IMG/VR virus record: IMGVR_UViG_3300043446_005562
Span: 1-64,000 of that record
Strand: one strand, 5' to 3'
Length of the DNA: 64,000 nucleotides
The first letter of the stretch is position 1; the number at the start of each line of letters is the position of its first letter. Positions 8,197 through 17,221 of this stretch are shown here, one piece after another. Below the pieces are notes generated by a model. It had not been told where the DNA came from. It ran no database searches and saw only the letters and a program-made list of their open reading frames with translations. The position numbers and the translations under genes are program-made.

Positions 8197-8724
8197 CTAG
8201 CTGAATACAAGGACCCCATCGTCAGCTGCAAGCTCAAACGCCTTTAGAAAATCAAGGTAAATTTCCAGGAACCAGCCGTTATCCTCGCGTTCAGGATCGC
8301 CGACGTACGCCTCGGCCCTGTGCTTGTATTTAACAAAGTCTTGATAGAGACTCTTTGCAACGGGTCCGCCTATCGCGCCATCGCAGTCCGAATGGTTTAT
8401 TAGACCAAAGAACGGCGCGACCCGCCATTCGGTCTCGTTGTTCCATACCCCTTCGGGCCCGACTCCAAGCATGGTCTGGCTCAGCACCCTACGCCATTGG
8501 TTGTAGCCCGAGTAGGAGCCCGCCCTGAAGGAGAAGCTCTCGCTTTCCGCGGTTGCGTACCAGGTTCCGGGCCTCAAGCCCTTGAATGCCTGCTCATCGA
8601 ACGTTTCGATCGTTATTACCTCTTCGCCGCGTTCGGATAAGCCAAGCTCTTCAAGCCTCTTTTCGCGTGCGCCGAACTCGTGTTCCTCCTTTAGCTTGGA
8701 GTAGGCGTAGATATCTAGTCCCAT
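8197..8724 (-). CDS. conserved phage hypothetical protein (175 aa)
   Basis: MGLDIYAY...GSYSGYNQWRR...LINHSDCDG motifs. Confidence 0.8.
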   Translation of the reverse strand: MGLDIYAYSKLKEEHEFGAREKRLEELGLSERGEEVITIETFDEQAFKGLRPGTWYATAESESFSFRAGSYSGYNQWRRVLSQTMLGVGPEGVWNNETEWRVAPFFGLINHSDCDGAIGGPVAKSLYQDFVKYKHRAEAYVGDPEREDNGWFLEIYLDFLKAFELAADDGVLVFS

Positions 8725-8760
8725 AATAATCTCTTTGTTTCTTCTATTACTTATAATACC

Positions 8761-8795
8761 AAAAAAAGAAAGGGTCTACTCTCGCGGACCCTTTC
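8761..8795 (-). terminator. intrinsic terminator
   Basis: GAAAGGGTC/GACCCTTTC stem plus T7 on minus strand. Confidence 0.7.
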
Positions 8796-8819
8796 AATTG
8801 TGGAGCTTAATCGGTTGGA

Positions 8820-9059
8820 TTAGCCGATCAAGCTCATGTTCGTCTTGCGACCGCGTGTCATGTCGAAAGCCTTGTTTACGATACGATCGTTGCGGTATAA
8901 TCCGTTAAGTACTTCGCTCACGAAGTTAGGGGAGAAGCCCGTGCTCTCCGCAACTCGGGCTACATCGCCCATGCGTTTGCGAGAATTGATTACTGCGATC
9001 TTTGCCGTGATTGGCAACTTGCGATAGGTCATACCTATTTTGCTTTGATTCTTTGTCAT
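8820..9059 (-). CDS. Cro/XRE-like helix-turn-helix DNA-binding protein
   Basis: VARVAESTGFSPNFVSEVLNG. Confidence 0.7.
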   Translation of the reverse strand: MTKNQSKIGMTYRKLPITAKIAVINSRKRMGDVARVAESTGFSPNFVSEVLNGLYRNDRIVNKAFDMTRGRKTNMSLIG

Positions 9060-9126
9060 GTTACTTGAAGTTAAGTTTGTTATAAGGTTATATTACCCAT
9101 TGCTCTAACCGATTGGCCGGCCATCC

Positions 9127-9360
9127 TTAATCTTTTTTCTCCGGCTTGGCTGGATTGGGTTTAAGCAGCAGGCTCGAGAGCATGGATAATCCCCAGGCCT
9201 GGAGCACGGAGATTACAGGTAGTCCAAATATCTCAGGACAGAGCCAGTTCCAGAGCCACTTGACCGGGAAGGCCATTATTATTGATACGATACCAGCAAT
9301 CAGGATTGCGGCGAGAGCAACTCCTATCCGGGTTGCAATTTCTAAGTTGGGTCTTTTCAT
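9127..9360 (-). CDS. membrane protein (77 aa)
   Basis: Two hydrophobic segments; WLWNWL.PEIFGLP motif. Confidence 0.75.
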   Translation of the reverse strand: MKRPNLEIATRIGVALAAILIAGIVSIIMAFPVKWLWNWLCPEIFGLPVISVLQAWGLSMLSSLLLKPNPAKPEKKD

Positions 9361-9383
9361 CTTATTTGGGTTTAAAAATTTAT

Positions 9384-9671
9384 TCAGTTATTTTCCGGTA
9401 GGCTCCATTCGGACAAGAGCTCCTTCTGCCTGACCAGGCTCTCTGCCCATTCAAACTCTTCTCGAGCAACAGCCTCTTCTATGGCGGGGTCCAGCACCCG
9501 ATAGAAGCTTTGTAATAGGTACTCCTTGTATTCCGTTCCCCATTCTTCCCGACCGGCCAGCTGGATAAGATGCTGTTTAAATTCCCAGATTACCCGGTCT
9601 ATCCGAGCCCAGTCCCGGCCTGCCCGCTCGAGAGCAACGATAACCTTGTCTAACATTAAGTCTGCCTGCAT
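9384..9671 (-). CDS. small protein with UVR-like motif
   Basis: IEEAVAREEFEWAESLVRQ. Confidence 0.65.
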   Translation of the reverse strand: MQADLMLDKVIVALERAGRDWARIDRVIWEFKQHLIQLAGREEWGTEYKEYLLQSFYRVLDPAIEEAVAREEFEWAESLVRQKELLSEWSLPENN

Positions 9672-9748
9672 TTTCAGATTTATTTGGATTACAGAATACT
9701 ATACTCTACCGGTCAGATAGGTTTCAAGCAGCGGACCGGGCAGACTGC

Positions 9749-10012
9749 CAATAGACAACTAATAGACAACCCAAACAACCTCCCGCTCTCGAGCAGGCAG
9801 ACCAGACCTGTTACCTGGCAGGTCTATTGGATTACCCGATACGGCTGGCCAGGCTACTGCCAGGTACTGCCCCAGGGGTCAGCCCGGTAGGGTCCAGGTA
9901 CTGCCCCGGGTACAGCCCCAGGGTCACTCCAGGAGGCTGCCCAGGATGACTCCAGGAGCTATACCCAGGTGCCCCGGGGTCACCAAATAGTGACTCCTGG
10001 AGGTGCCCCGGG
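9749..10012. repeat. GC-rich degenerate ~11-12-bp tandem repeat tract at the strand switch
   Basis: CC(A/G/T)GG or CCGG cores at 9849, 9860, 9872, 9884, 9894, 9906, 9918, 9929, 9941, 9952, 9965, 9974, 9996, 10008; AATAGACAAC twice near 9749-9769. Confidence 0.8.
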
Positions 10013-10260
10013 TGCACTTTATGCTGCTATAAAAAAGTATACCGGGAGCAGAAACCATGACTTTTTCCTTTTTTTCCAAAATCCCCTAGCCTCGGGACCC
10101 ATCCCCGGACCAATGCGGCCGGTTCCACGGAGTGCCTGTGTGCGTTTCGAAAAGTCACCGGCCTCGGATTCAAGAATTTCTCCCCGGGCTGGAGAGGCCG
10201 CTGGAACCTTTTCCGGTTTTGCTGTATAATAGACTATATTAATTAAAAACACTACAGCTT

Positions 10261-10470
10261 ATGGAACTTACACCAGTAAAATCCTCTACTGTCGCCAAGG
10301 TAGGATACAATCCAGAAAAATCGGAATTGCTCGTTGAATTCTCTTCGGGCGCCCAATACAGGTATCTCGCCGTTGAGCAAGGGGTCTATGAATCCCTGCT
10401 CTCAGCAGAGTCCGTTGGTAAATTCCTTAACGCTAATATTAAAGAGCAGTATGAGTTCCAAAAGATCTAA
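10261..10470 (+). CDS. KTSC domain protein
   Basis: VKSSTVAKVGYNPEKSELLVEFSSGAQYRY...LLSAESVGKFLNANIK. Confidence 0.9.
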   Translation: MELTPVKSSTVAKVGYNPEKSELLVEFSSGAQYRYLAVEQGVYESLLSAESVGKFLNANIKEQYEFQKI

Positions 10471-10759
10471 TCAGGGGGTTCTACGATTCGGGTTGGGCCA
10501 TCTGGGTCTGACCCTTGTGTTTCGTCATAAATGGGATAGACCCGGCAGCATGTGGACCCAGGAGTTGGAGTACCGTACCAAGACGCTTGGGGTCTTTTTC
10601 AAAACCTGGGAATCAATCGGTACCTACCAGTCGGGTCGGGATCTCTTCTCGCCGGGTAATCTTGGCAGATCATGGATGTTTGGTCTTAACCTGATCGTTG
10701 CGAAGTGTTGGATTGAGGTTTCTTGGCGAGTAAAAATATTTAAAATAACGGACCCATGA
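10451..10759 (+). CDS. aromatic-rich hypothetical protein (102 aa)
   Basis: Start moved to ATG at 10451; ATGA overlap with next ORF. Confidence 0.55.
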   Translation: MSSKRSNQGVLRFGLGHLGLTLVFRHKWDRPGSMWTQELEYRTKTLGVFFKTWESIGTYQSGRDLFSPGNLGRSWMFGLNLIVAKCWIEVSWRVKIFKITDP

Positions 10760-10881
10760 TTGGCCTACTCAAACTCCTGAACCACGAGATCTGGCGTCAC
10801 TGCCGAAACTGTGGACTCCAATTCGATATTAGGGCCTCGGACCACTGCGACGGCTGCGGCCACGGTCCCCAGACCCCCTAG
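10756..10881 (+). CDS. 41-aa zinc-ribbon peptide (not in ORF track)
   Basis: MIGLLKLLNHEIWRHCRNCGLQFDIRASDHCDGCGHGPQTP. Confidence 0.55.
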   Translation: MIGLLKLLNHEIWRHCRNCGLQFDIRASDHCDGCGHGPQTP

Positions 10882-10940
10882 CCGGGCACCGGCCTAGTTA
10901 CCCCCGACGCGCCACCCCAAAAAAAAAAACCACGATAACA

Positions 10941-11162
10941 ATGAAAATCCAGAAAAATACCAAGGCTCCAACCGAGGCCCAGCTCATTGAGCTTGCAAAA
11001 CGCATGCTAGAGCTCTCCACCAAATTTCCCAACAACTACGACCTTGGCGAAAGGGTTCGCAGCCTTCACGAGCTTGCGGTTTCCAACCCCGATCTGCTGA
11101 TAAATAACCAGAAAGACCGCGACACAGATGAGTCGAATAAAACCATTCTTGGCCCACATTAA
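10941..11162 (+). CDS. hypothetical protein (73 aa)
   Basis: FPNNYDLGERVR motif seen in small phage proteins. Confidence 0.65.
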   Translation: MKIQKNTKAPTEAQLIELAKRMLELSTKFPNNYDLGERVRSLHELAVSNPDLLINNQKDRDTDESNKTILGPH

Positions 11163-11763
11163 CGAGAACGATAAGTTCAACCGCCTTAAACAACTGGGCC
11201 TCTCCCAAAACGACACCCCGCAGGAAACTTTCAGCCAGCTATCCGAGGTATTTCAAAATGATCCGCAGCTGAGCTCACTCTTCCAGCAGATCGATGCCCG
11301 CGTTGAAGAGCTCTTTGCTCCAATTCTGGCAAGAGCGGACGAGGAGTCGGATGAATGGCAGGAAATCATGGACGACATGGGCTGGAGCTGGGCCGAGGAT
11401 GCTGGGAACTACTGGATCTGGAACGCGATCTCTGGCTTTGGAGAAGGTGGCGGCATGTACGAATCAGAGGAACACCCAGAGCGTGAGCGCAATGTTGAAA
11501 GATTAAGAGGGCTAGGCCTTGCACCCAAAAAGGAATTCGATGAGCGTTGGGAAGAGATGATGGATGAATGGGGCTCGGATCCCGATATTGATAGGGCAAT
11601 CACAACGCTCAAGGCCAAGACCAACGAGATCATCGACAAGCACATTGACCTAGACGATTATGAGGACGAAGGTGAATGGAATGAGCGTGTTGATTGGATG
11701 TATCAAGCTAGCATTGACGATCTCGGCTTTTTTGAGTACATGGTTGCATCAGGCTCGCTATAA
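11128..11763 (+). CDS. acidic putative virion internal protein
   Basis: N-terminal MSRIKPFLAHINE leader; RLKQLGL and RLRGLGL motifs. Confidence 0.75.
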   Translation: MSRIKPFLAHINENDKFNRLKQLGLSQNDTPQETFSQLSEVFQNDPQLSSLFQQIDARVEELFAPILARADEESDEWQEIMDDMGWSWAEDAGNYWIWNAISGFGEGGGMYESEEHPERERNVERLRGLGLAPKKEFDERWEEMMDEWGSDPDIDRAITTLKAKTNEIIDKHIDLDDYEDEGEWNERVDWMYQASIDDLGFFEYMVASGSL

Positions 11764-11795
11764 TATAAATAATAAGACAAAAATATAAACAAAAA

Positions 11796-12581
11796 ATGAA
11801 ACACACAATCATTAAAGATTTTAAAGGCTGGAACCGCCTGTTTGAAGCTGAAACAGCCGGTACGGCTGGCTCAGCCGGGGTTGCCGGTACAACCGGTACA
11901 GCTGGTACTTCCGGTACTGCCGGTACCGCAGCCGCTGCTCCGCTAACCGCAATCACAGGTGCGGACGGAGCCCTAACCGCTGACGATATTAAAAAGGTGC
12001 AGGCTGTTGTCTACAATGCACCTCTCACCGACACCAAATCATGTGACGGTAAAGTTGGGCCAAACACCATTGCTAAAATCAAGGAGTTTAGAACCGCTAA
12101 CTCAATCACAGACGAAACGCTTGAGCCAACTCAAACCACAATCGGGCCAAAAACCCTTGCCAAAATTGCCGAAAAGATCGCGGCAGGCTTTACGCCCGGC
12201 GCAGCTGCAGGTTCAGCCGGCACTGCAGGTACCGCAGGCACTGTGTTTGATCAACGTAATCAAAACGACGACAAAATTGCAATGGGCATCTGCGATCAGA
12301 TCGTTGCAAAATTCAAGGAAACCGAGTTTTGGAAACCATTTAAGGGTACCTTTAACGATGATGAGTCTGCGGCCGGTATGGCCTACAACAACTGGTACAC
12401 GACCACGATCGTACCGTTGGTTAAGACGCTTAGAGCGGGCGACCCCAACATTGCAAAGCTGGAGGCGGCTGACAAATCGACCCGTGCAAAACTACAGGGC
12501 GGAACCGCAAACGATACTTCATCTTGGAGCATTGATACGCTAAACGGGCCGATGCAGTACACGGTCAACACCGACTTCTAA
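11796..12581 (+). CDS. putative virion protein with AGTAG low-complexity linkers and a peptidoglycan-binding-like segment
   Basis: MKHTIIKDFKGWNRLFE leader; CDGKVGPNT...IGPKTL. Confidence 0.75.
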   Translation: MKHTIIKDFKGWNRLFEAETAGTAGSAGVAGTTGTAGTSGTAGTAAAAPLTAITGADGALTADDIKKVQAVVYNAPLTDTKSCDGKVGPNTIAKIKEFRTANSITDETLEPTQTTIGPKTLAKIAEKIAAGFTPGAAAGSAGTAGTAGTVFDQRNQNDDKIAMGICDQIVAKFKETEFWKPFKGTFNDDESAAGMAYNNWYTTTIVPLVKTLRAGDPNIAKLEAADKSTRAKLQGGTANDTSSWSIDTLNGPMQYTVNTDF

Positions 12582-12605
12582 AAAACTCTTTTTTAAATCT
12601 CTAAC

Positions 12606-14390
12606 ATGAAGCACTCAATCATAAAGGATTTCAAGGGCTGGAACCGTTTAATCGAGTCAACCCAATACATGCGGGAGGCGGCTGATCCAAACACGCCAAT
12701 TGAAACTCTGTTACAGCAGACCGATCTTGAGGGTCTATACCAAAGAATTCTCACCAGCGATGATGCGAATACCAAGGCTCTACCCAACTACGCAGCCATC
12801 ATTGAATGGTGGCACCAGGGCGGACCGGACCTTAACCTATGGAAGACTATTTTCAAGGCGGGCGGCGAGGCCAAGCGTGACAAACAGAATTCAGCCAAGA
12901 GCATGTACTATTGGTTGGGAGGTTTTGCCAAACAAGGCACAGCGGCGACCAGCGCAAGCCAATACAATTACGTCAAGAACGTTGAGGACTTTTGTACTGC
13001 AATAAAGCAGTTTGCACCAAGCATCTCAGCATCAGTTGCAAAGTTCACAAAACCGGCCGAACAAAAACGCTATGAGGGCTGGAAGGATGCGGCTCAAAAG
13101 GCGGATGCAGTACTTGCCCTAATCGCTCAGGTGAAGGCCAAGGGTCTCAATCTAAGTCAACAGTCCGCTAGACTGCTCATACCTGCGGTTGCGGTAGACG
13201 GTTCATTTACAATCTCTCAGCAACGAGTACCTTTTGCAACCTATTTTAAGGAGGTTGACGATGCATTTAAGAAGGGTTCAGATGATGGTATTACAACTAA
13301 TTCTTATGCCTTTAGCTCAGGTAATTGGCAGATTGGCGGCAATACAACCCCACTACAGACGATTCAACAGAACGTCCAAACTTTGACCTCAGCAATGGGG
13401 GATCAGACAAAGTTAAGCCAATACTTTTCAGCAAATAACACCCTAGGCTTTGAGGAAAAGAAGACCATCGCGGACTACATTAATCAACGGGTTCAAAAAT
13501 ACGTTGACCGAAAAAATTCAAATCCAAAACCTGGTCAGGCACAAGTCGATGCGGCGACCGCTATTAAAACGGCGACCGATCTCTATATTGTGCCAGCCGG
13601 CACAAGCCTAACCCTGCCGCCTGAGACAATTCAGCCTAGTCCAGAACCAATTATTATTAACGGTTCATACCCAGAAAATCCAAATGGAGATTGGGCCTCT
13701 GCTGCAATGAACAAAGCAAAACAGTTCTTCGGCGACGATAAGATTCAAATAGAAGCACCCGCACTACAAGAGATGACAACTGGTATTAAAACCTATCTGG
13801 ATCAAATCAAGGCAGACGGCGCCCAAATCACAGGAGTTAAGATCTCCGGTATTTCAAGCACAAGCCGCGTACCAAGTTCCTACGATCCGGGCTCAAAGAC
13901 AGCCAATCCTGCTTCGGGTTATACTGAAGCGCATAACGTGCCCCTAGCTCAAGATCGATTGGCCTCAATTAAGGCTGCGATGAAACAGGTTTTTGCCCAA
14001 AATGGAGTTGCTGATAATCTAATAACTGAAGATACTGCTAGCGATGTTGTAAATGCAAACGCTGGCGATGCATGGACCGATGCAGATAAGACCAAATTCG
14101 CGAATCGCAAACAGCCGGGCCAAGAAGCCCTAATGAAGGAATATGAGGACAAATTCGGTAAATACAAGTACGCCTTTGCCAGATTTGAAATTACCTATAC
14201 CCTGCTAAAACCTGTACAAAAGACCTTTCAAGCGGACCCAATTCCTAACTCTAAGTGGAAAGTTTTCATTAGCTGGAGAGACGAAACCTGGCAACCTCCA
14301 AAAATTGACATACCGCACATCGGTATTGGACCTGGGCCAAGCAAACCGCCAAAGACCAAGGGCAATCCGATGCAGTGTCCAGTTTTTTAA
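12606..14390 (+). CDS. large putative virion protein (594 aa), possible OmpA-C-like segment
   Basis: Leader paralogous to preceding gene (MKHSIIKDFKGWNRLIE); ISGISSTSRVP...LAQDRLASIK. Confidence 0.7.
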   Translation: MKHSIIKDFKGWNRLIESTQYMREAADPNTPIETLLQQTDLEGLYQRILTSDDANTKALPNYAAIIEWWHQGGPDLNLWKTIFKAGGEAKRDKQNSAKSMYYWLGGFAKQGTAATSASQYNYVKNVEDFCTAIKQFAPSISASVAKFTKPAEQKRYEGWKDAAQKADAVLALIAQVKAKGLNLSQQSARLLIPAVAVDGSFTISQQRVPFATYFKEVDDAFKKGSDDGITTNSYAFSSGNWQIGGNTTPLQTIQQNVQTLTSAMGDQTKLSQYFSANNTLGFEEKKTIADYINQRVQKYVDRKNSNPKPGQAQVDAATAIKTATDLYIVPAGTSLTLPPETIQPSPEPIIINGSYPENPNGDWASAAMNKAKQFFGDDKIQIEAPALQEMTTGIKTYLDQIKADGAQITGVKISGISSTSRVPSSYDPGSKTANPASGYTEAHNVPLAQDRLASIKAAMKQVFAQNGVADNLITEDTASDVVNANAGDAWTDADKTKFANRKQPGQEALMKEYEDKFGKYKYAFARFEITYTLLKPVQKTFQADPIPNSKWKVFISWRDETWQPPKIDIPHIGIGPGPSKPPKTKGNPMQCPVF

Positions 14391-14944
14391 TTTATTTTTT
14401 GAGAAACCACACCGGTTCCATAGTAGTACCAGGTTGAAGTTTTTGAGTCGGTCATTAGGCCTATTCCGAAAGCAATGTGAGTAACCTCTGGGTCCATTAG
14501 GATTGATCTATGGCCTGGTGAATTCATCCAGCCCTTAAAGAACTCCTGCACAACCTGGTCCCTAGACCTGATTGGAAATCTTTTAAAATTTGCAACTAGC
14601 GAATCACTCATACCCTCGGCTGCGCAAACTTCGCGGCTTAATCGATATGAGAATTGATCATTAGATAGATTTGCAAATCTCTTAACCCGGTCACGGCCTC
14701 CATAAAAGGTTTGGGTTTCGCCAGGTTGAGGTTCGTATTCAGTATGATCTATTTTATTATGGGAAACCATGTAGCGAGTATGAAACTCGGCAGCGGAGTC
14801 CATTACAATCGAATACTGCAGGGGTTTTAAACCCAATTTCGCTCTTTCCTGATTGGTTAACCTGATCAGGACAGAATCTTCATGATTTTGCGCAACTGCG
14901 GTGCTTGCGAAGAGGATTGCGATGCTGAATACTAAGCTTTTCAT
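14387..14944 (-). CDS. CAP/SCP domain protein with signal peptide
   Basis: LTNQERAKLGLKPL, AAEFHTRYM, WMNSPGHRSILM; cleavable N-terminal signal. Confidence 0.88.
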   Translation of the reverse strand: MKSLVFSIAILFASTAVAQNHEDSVLIRLTNQERAKLGLKPLQYSIVMDSAAEFHTRYMVSHNKIDHTEYEPQPGETQTFYGGRDRVKRFANLSNDQFSYRLSREVCAAEGMSDSLVANFKRFPIRSRDQVVQEFFKGWMNSPGHRSILMDPEVTHIAFGIGLMTDSKTSTWYYYGTGVVSQKIN

Positions 14945-14996
14945 GTAATTAATATACTACCTATTTGGGCAGATTGACCTAAAATAAATAAAGTAT

Positions 14997-15659
14997 ATGA
15001 AAACTTTTAAAATCTGGTTAGTACTTCTAATCGTAATTATCCTGGGTACATCATTTTCGCTGGTTCAACTGCCGAAACCCCCGATCGTTATCCTAAAACA
15101 TGCCGGCTACGTATCTCACTATAATACAACCCTAAAATATCCGGTCGAGGTTGAGTGGTGGGCAACCAAATCTCGACTCGTATGTCCAGACACAAAGGTT
15201 CCACGAAAGGACGAGTTTGCACAGGATCCACTCTTACCCAATGAAACTGATTTAGCTGACGACTATAAAGGTTCAGGCTTTGATAGAGGCCACATGTGCC
15301 CGGCCGCCGACAACCAGTGTAATGCGGACTGGCAACGCGAGTGCTTTTATTTCTCAAATATGTCTCCACAGTATCATTCGCTAAATGCTGGAGTCTGGAA
15401 AACTCTTGAGGTTAGAACCAGAGAACTTGCCTCCCAACTAGACTCGGTTAGAGTTTGGTGCGGTAATGTGGGTAACGTTGCTAAAATTGGAGAGGTCGCA
15501 GTTCCTTCTAAATGTTGGAAAGTGATTTACATAAAGAAAACCAAAGTTTGGGAAGCCTATATCTTTGAGAACACAAAGGATCAAACAAAAAAGCTTGATC
15601 AGCTCGCGGTTAAGGTATCAGACGTTGAAAAATTAACCGGCTTTAAATTTAAACCATGA
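14997..15659 (+). CDS. DNA/RNA non-specific endonuclease (NucA/EndoG family) with N-terminal membrane/signal segment
   Basis: GFDRGHMCPAAD, FYFSNMSPQ, LNAGVWKTLE, VPSKCWKVI. Confidence 0.92.
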   Translation: MKTFKIWLVLLIVIILGTSFSLVQLPKPPIVILKHAGYVSHYNTTLKYPVEVEWWATKSRLVCPDTKVPRKDEFAQDPLLPNETDLADDYKGSGFDRGHMCPAADNQCNADWQRECFYFSNMSPQYHSLNAGVWKTLEVRTRELASQLDSVRVWCGNVGNVAKIGEVAVPSKCWKVIYIKKTKVWEAYIFENTKDQTKKLDQLAVKVSDVEKLTGFKFKP

Positions 15660-16063
15660 AACACCTAAAGCAGTTCTCACAATTCATAAGTGAATCACTA
15701 GATCACAATCAGCTCGTTGAGCTTGAAAAGTACGCGGACGGGCTGTTCAGCGAACTTGGCCTCGATGTAGTATTCACCAAACACTTTAAGGATAGAATCA
15801 ATGATGTTCGCAACGGCAAGCCAATAACCTATAACGAACTTAAAGTCCTCTTTCTAAAGGCATACCTAAATGCGGGCCAAAAAATATCCGAGCTTCCTGC
15901 TGAGACTGAAGCGGTACTAAAGGACTTAAGCTCAAATCTTAACGCCCCGTTCAAGATCCAGGGCGCACCCGATGATGCTGGCCACACCGAACACGACATG
16001 ATAATGAAGACTATTATGAAGAAATCGGGATTCATGTCGACCAACCCAGCGATCGTCGTTTAA
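15656..16063 (+). CDS. conserved T4-like phage protein, possible RelE/BECR-fold nuclease
   Basis: MKHLKQFSQFISE leader; DVVFTKHFKDRIND...IMKTIMKK. Confidence 0.6.
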   Translation: MKHLKQFSQFISESLDHNQLVELEKYADGLFSELGLDVVFTKHFKDRINDVRNGKPITYNELKVLFLKAYLNAGQKISELPAETEAVLKDLSSNLNAPFKIQGAPDDAGHTEHDMIMKTIMKKSGFMSTNPAIVV

Positions 16064-16086
16064 TTTTACGCCCACCCAATTCACAT

Positions 16087-16116
16087 AAAAAAAGCCAGAT
16101 TGATCTGGCTCCTTTT
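16087..16116. terminator. bidirectional terminator between convergent genes
   Basis: AGCCAGAT/ATCTGGCT stem with A-run and T-run flanks. Confidence 0.7.
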
Positions 16117-16135
16117 ATTATTGTCCATCGACGAA

Positions 16136-16702
16136 TTACATTTCGTTTTCAGTGTTTGCGCCCTTTTTCTGAAATCCAAAAGGCTTTGACTGCTTGGCAG
16201 CAGGTTTTTCTGCTTTTTTACCGAAAGGCATTCCTTTTGCAGCAGGTTTTTCTGCTTTTTTACCGAAAGGCATTTCTTTTGCAGCCGGCTTGGCTTTACC
16301 TCCTTTTTTAGGAGCCTCTTCCATCTCTTCCTCTTCTTCAGGCATTGCCTTCTTTTTACCAACCGGTTTTAGGTTAGCGAATTTTTTGTCAACCGCCTTA
16401 AGAGCTTCAATCTGAGCCTTTTTCTTTGCTTCATAAAGCTCATGTGGATCTAGGTGAATTTCCCTAGGCGGAGCGGCTAAATAATTATCAGGATCAGCTT
16501 TATGCTGTCTGTCGTAGTGAGAATATGAATCATCTTGATCAGCGTATTCGCCGCACTCTGTGCAATATCCATCAGTATCAATATCAGAATCACAGCATGG
16601 TGACTTCTCCATTGACATAGAGTCTTCCATGTCGCTTAAGTGATGATTATGCGAGTGATACTCATTAACGAAATCTGTAAATCTTTTTACTTGGTGTTTC
16701 AT
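16136..16702 (-). CDS. putative virion protein with CxxC motifs and a Lys/Pro/Ala-rich tail
   Basis: MKHQVKRFTDFVNE leader; CCDS..YCTECGE; KPAAKxMPFGKKAE repeats. Confidence 0.75.
   Translation of the reverse strand: MKHQVKRFTDFVNEYHSHNHHLSDMEDSMSMEKSPCCDSDIDTDGYCTECGEYADQDDSYSHYDRQHKADPDNYLAAPPREIHLDPHELYEAKKKAQIEALKAVDKKFANLKPVGKKKAMPEEEEEMEEAPKKGGKAKPAAKEMPFGKKAEKPAAKGMPFGKKAEKPAAKQSKPFGFQKKGANTENEM
16197..16284. repeat. 42-bp in-frame tandem repeat (two units plus partial)
   Basis: GCAGCAGGTTTTTCTGCTTTTTTACCGAAAGGCATT(C/T)CTTTT at 16197 and 16239. Confidence 0.9.
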
Positions 16703-16723
16703 TTTTAGTTTTTCTTTTTTTGA

Positions 16724-17164
16724 TTAGGGTTCGATATCTTCATCCCCTTCAGCATTCTCAACGTCAGCTGAAAGACCCAGCATTTCGTCATTGAATTTAT
16801 TGAAAGCGGATTCAGCATCCTTCATTGTTTTATTAAGTGCAATAAGTTCATCCTTTAGGGTTTGAACCTTTTGCTTGTCCTCATCCGATGTAGGATTCTT
16901 ACGAGAGTCCTCAGGCATTTCTAAAAATTCCTTCTGCTTTTCTTTGAATGCTTTAACCGCATCCTTGCGAGCCTGATCTAATTTTTTAAATTTACCAATT
17001 TCGGTTGAATCATCGATTTCCTCAACGCTCTTTGGTTCTGTCTCGTCCATTTCAGCTGGAGGAGCCGGTGCGGCAGAAGGGTCAGCGGCTGGGGCGTCTA
17101 TTGCTGGAACAGTCGCGTCAACCTTTTCAGATTCTTCAAGCCATTGATTATACCTGTAAATCAT
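16724..17164 (-). CDS. acidic coiled-coil protein, possible prohead core component
   Basis: MIYRYNQWLEE leader; ATAAATA upstream. Confidence 0.7.
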   Translation of the reverse strand: MIYRYNQWLEESEKVDATVPAIDAPAADPSAAPAPPAEMDETEPKSVEEIDDSTEIGKFKKLDQARKDAVKAFKEKQKEFLEMPEDSRKNPTSDEDKQKVQTLKDELIALNKTMKDAESAFNKFNDEMLGLSADVENAEGDEDIEP

Positions 17165-17221
17165 TTCTTAGTTAACTATTTTAGTTTATTTATCTGCGGC
17201 CCTTGAATAAATAACTCTATA

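Noticed and set aside
9749-10012. Repeat tract as a CRISPR array
   Set aside because: Units are 11-12 bp, degenerate and contiguous, with no unique 30-40 bp spacers and no cas operon.
9684-10252. Short ORFs called within the GC-rich gap
   Set aside because: Pro/Gly-rich translations of repeats on both strands, lacking A-rich leaders or promoters.
11856-11940. AGTAG/GTSG repeats (also in 43191-44342) as ice-nucleation or mobile repeats
   Set aside because: Short, irregular, in-frame low-complexity linkers without the 16-residue periodicity.
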